In this document: in pieces, positions 60,574-62,965 of the stretch
How the letters are laid out: each line of letters opens with the position of its first letter
Numbering within the stretch: position 1 is the stretch's first letter
Source: an uncultured Thermotogae bacterium
Lineage (GTDB): Bacteria > Bipolaricaulota > Bipolaricaulia > M55B111
Direction of reading: 5' to 3'
DNA length: 62,965 bases
Assembly: GCA_964649445.1 (NCBI GenBank)
Contig: CAZYPS010000004.1
Span: forward strand, 1-62,965
Notes under the pieces: model-generated
Databases searched by the model: none
The model's input: only the letters and a program-made list of their open reading frames with translations
What the model was told of the DNA's origin: nothing
Translations under genes and position numbers: made by a program

Positions 60574-61359
60574 ATGATGAAAAGTAAATTAAAGACCGCC
60601 GATGATTGCTCTGTTCCAGCCCTAGGTCTCGGTACCTGGAAACTCAGAGGCAAAGAATGCGAAAAGATAGTGAGAAAAGCTCTCGAGATAGGTTACCGTC
60701 ATATAGATACGGCAATCTTCTACGGTAATGAAAAAGAGGTTGGAAACGCGATAAAGGACCACAGTCGAGACGAACTATTTGTAACGACCAAGGTCTGGAA
60801 GGACAAACTACACTACAGGGATTTTAAGCGTTCCACCGAGGGAAGCCTTAAAAGGTTGGATACCGATTATTTGGATCTATTACTCATACATTGGCCCAAC
60901 CCGGAGGTTCCCCTTGAGGAAACTATAAAAGCAATGAACGAGCTCGTGGAGGAAGGCAAAGTCAGGCACTTAGGTGTAAGTAATTTCGATAGGTCCCAGC
61001 TCAAGAAAGCCCGGGAGTTATCGGATGAACCGATAGTTAATAATCAGGTTAAATATCACCTCGGAATGGACCTAACTCCTATGCTGAACTACTGCCAGAA
61101 AAACGACCTCTTTCTTACCGCTTATAGTCCCCTTGGACAGGGGAAAATATTAAATAACAACGAGTTAACCGATATCTCAGCCAGATACGGAAAATCTCCC
61201 GGTCAGATCGGGCTCAAATGGCTGGTCAGACAGGATAACGTACTCGCGATCCCCAAGGCAAGCTCGGAAGACCATCTGAGGGAAAATATAAACCTATTCG
61301 GCTGGGGGCTGGAAAAAGGCGATATCGAGAAGCTGGATCGCATTGCAATAAAGACATAG
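60574..61359 (+). CDS. Aldo/keto reductase (DkgA/YvgN-like)
   Basis: LGLGTW, IDTA..YGNE, LDLLLIHWP, GVSNF and IPKAS motifs. Confidence 0.9.
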   Translation: MMKSKLKTADDCSVPALGLGTWKLRGKECEKIVRKALEIGYRHIDTAIFYGNEKEVGNAIKDHSRDELFVTTKVWKDKLHYRDFKRSTEGSLKRLDTDYLDLLLIHWPNPEVPLEETIKAMNELVEEGKVRHLGVSNFDRSQLKKARELSDEPIVNNQVKYHLGMDLTPMLNYCQKNDLFLTAYSPLGQGKILNNNELTDISARYGKSPGQIGLKWLVRQDNVLAIPKASSEDHLRENINLFGWGLEKGDIEKLDRIAIKT

Positions 61360-61633
61360 TGGAGATAAAAACTTTATCATCTAACCAAGTTAAGGACTTG
61401 ATTATCTCGATATCTTGCCCCTAAAGTTGTATTGGTTTGGGAGTCTTCAGGGGGATTTGGATAAGGTTTGAAGGTTACCGGGGAGGAGACGGAAAATATC
61501 GTCAAATCTCAGTGTAAATTTCTTATGACGATATAATATGAAAGTATTTACAATTATCATCGATTATAATTCGGGAGTTTGTAAAAATATAGATTATTTT
61601 TCACAGACATAAATAACAATAGGGGTGATTTTG

Positions 61634-61906
61634 ATGGTAGAACTACCTTCATCTAATAACGAATTGGACGCCGACTTCGAGTACGATCAGGACGTAACCA
61701 AGCAGGATTTGATTTCTTTTCTCGAAGAACTGGTCGGTCAACTCAAACAGGATAACTCCGTAACTGTATCCATGGTTGGAACTGAGGCAACGTTTCCGTT
61801 TGAGGAACCGATCAATCTAGAGGTCGAAACGGATTACAACAAGAGACTGGGCAAACAGGAACTCGAGATCGAGATAGAATTCAGGGAAAACAAAACTAGA
61901 ACATAA
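61634..61906 (+). CDS. Small acidic protein, amphi-Trp-domain-like
   Basis: About 90 aa. It has a central amphipathic helix (DLISFLEELVGQLKQ) and a C-terminal ELEIEIEF(R) string that resembles the ELEIEIxW end of amphi-Trp proteins as I recall them. The ATG at 61634 follows AGGGGTGA. Confidence 0.5.
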   Translation: MVELPSSNNELDADFEYDQDVTKQDLISFLEELVGQLKQDNSVTVSMVGTEATFPFEEPINLEVETDYNKRLGKQELEIEIEFRENKTRT

Positions 61907-61942
61907 CAGCTGGCTAGACTCATAACGCTTGAAGTTTGAAGT

Positions 61943-62010
61943 AGTCCGGTGTCTACCCCGGGGGAAATACTCGTTGAGGCATTATGACTGGGGTTTACAG
62001 ACACCGGACT
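61943..62010. repeat. Long imperfect inverted repeat at the convergent junction of the amphi-Trp-like gene and folP
   Basis: AGTCCGGTGTCT (61943-61954) pairs perfectly with AGACACCGGACT (61999-62010). The stem is extended by ACCCC/GGGGT across a 4-nt bulge. The 3' arm contains the last folP codons and stop. No U-tract lies on either side. Confidence 0.6.
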
Positions 62011-62813
62011 GTTACTTTCAGAGCCCGGCAGTTTTCCCTCACGTCGTGAACCCTCAGAATATCTGCTCCTTTTAGAACCCCAACTACGTTACTGGCAATC
62101 GTACCCTCGACCCTATCTTCAGGCGGTAAATCGAGCGTATCTCCGATGAATGACTTCCTCGAAGTTCCAAGCAAAATAGGTTGGTCCAGAGTTTTGAACT
62201 CCTCCAACCTGCGAAGTATTTCGTAGTTATCTTCGTACCTCTTGCCAAAACCGATCCCTGGATCTACGACTATTTTTTCCGAGGGCATGCCCGCTCTAAC
62301 TGCCTCTTCGATTCTTTCATTCAAAAACGCTTTGATATCTTCGACTGGGTCCTCGTAAGTTGGATTATCCTGCATCGTTTTTGGCTCACCCTGCATATGC
62401 ATCAAAATAATTGGAACCTCCCTTTCCCCGACGAGTTTTCCGAGTTCGGGATCGAATCGAAGGGCGCTGATATCGTTCACGATATTAGCTCCCGCGTCAA
62501 GCGCTTTTTCCGCTACCTTGGACTTGTAGGTATCAATTGAAATCGGGATTTCGGTTTCTTTCCTTATCTCCTTTATCACCGGAATTGTTCGGTCCAGTTC
62601 TTCTTCCAGCTCGACTTTATCCGCGCCAGGCCGGGTCGATTCCCCACCAATGTCAATTATGTCCGCCCCGTTCTCTTCCATTTCAAGCGCTCTTTGTTTG
62701 GCTTTGTCTCGAGCTAGAAACTTTCCGCCATCGGAGAAAGAATCCGGGGTTACGTTCAAGATCCCCATTATCAATACTTCGTCGGGCTGAGAAACTCGGT
62801 CCAGAATGTTCAT
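61995..62813 (-). CDS. folP: Dihydropteroate synthase
   Basis: MGILNVTPDSFSDGG, DIGGESTRPG and NDISAL motifs. Confidence 0.95.
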   Translation of the reverse strand: MNILDRVSQPDEVLIMGILNVTPDSFSDGGKFLARDKAKQRALEMEENGADIIDIGGESTRPGADKVELEEELDRTIPVIKEIRKETEIPISIDTYKSKVAEKALDAGANIVNDISALRFDPELGKLVGEREVPIILMHMQGEPKTMQDNPTYEDPVEDIKAFLNERIEEAVRAGMPSEKIVVDPGIGFGKRYEDNYEILRRLEEFKTLDQPILLGTSRKSFIGDTLDLPPEDRVEGTIASNVVGVLKGADILRVHDVRENCRALKVTVRCL

Positions 62814-62903
62814 TGATTCCTCCGTGTATTTATTTTATGGATATATTACCCCATAGTGTAGCATTCTATGTGTAAAACTAGCTTTGGAAACCGTTCGACA
62901 AAA

Positions 62904-62952
62904 CCAGGAGTCAATTTCCCCAGCGGGGAAATTGCCCTTTCCGATCTCGGCT
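62904..62952 (+). repeat. Copy B of the short dispersed intergenic element (contains a perfect 10-bp hairpin); the window ends 13 nt later
   Basis: CCAGGAGTCAATTTCCCC is identical to 50392-50409. CAATTTCCCC-agc-GGGGAAATTG forms a perfect hairpin at 62912-62934. Confidence 0.7.
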
Positions 62953-62965
62953 CGCTCCTCTTGAT

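Noticed and set aside
62904-62965. CRISPR array starting at the window edge (palindromic GTCAATTTCCCCAGCGGGGAAATTG unit).
   Set aside because: Only one full unit is visible. The related copies at 50392, 50488 and 50542 are irregularly spaced, one is inverted, and they are not identical. No cas genes lie in the window. It is kept as a repeat-family finding rather than called as CRISPR.

Overview
This window is a core-genome segment from a divergent, probably uncultivated bacterium. Its proteins are strikingly acidic, and nearly every gene has a strong GGAGG-type Shine-Dalgarno site. I see no mobile elements, no confirmed CRISPR array and no defence or accessory island.

Layout:
- 1-3.1 kb (+): prmC, an FtsE-like/FtsX pair and an HD hydrolase.
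- 3.2-25.9 kb (-): one uninterrupted str/S10/spc/alpha super-cluster, running rpoC-rpsL-rpsG-fusA-rpsJ...rplQ. It includes an rpmJ gene that the ORF track missed.
- 26-40.5 kb: housekeeping genes (FmdB-type zinc ribbon, pcrA, a PP-loop-like protein, hpf, recO, deoC, era, ispE, cmk, plsC, rpsA, plsY, acpS, gmk, yicC, a Memo-like protein).
- 41.1-41.25 kb: tRNA-Gln(CUG) and tRNA-Glu(CUC).
- 41.4-62.8 kb: ftsH, dxr, a Cys-rich orphan, murJ, a phosphodiester glycosidase-like envelope protein, rplI, a secreted TPR protein, radC, an MTH1187-family protein, a group-3 sigma factor with a translationally coupled small acidic ORF, mnmE-jag-yidC, ribE-ribBA-ribH, hisS, an aldo/keto reductase, an amphi-Trp-like small protein and folP.

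The items most worth a second look are deviations from canon rather than a new gene island:
- An FtsE homologue in which all four ATPase motifs I could place are degenerate, paired with an intact FtsX.
- A 1662-aa beta-prime subunit with several lineage-specific insertions, not preceded by rpoB.
- A short dispersed repeat/hairpin family in two intergenic regions, one copy cut by the window edge.
- A rib operon with a long leader but no recognisable FMN riboswitch and no ribD.
- A prmC whose conserved N-terminus has no ATG/GTG/TTG start.
- A sigma factor with an unusual coupled partner ORF.
- A PP-loop family member with a degenerate SGGxDS motif.

All family assignments come from reading the translations against remembered family motifs. 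No database search was run.
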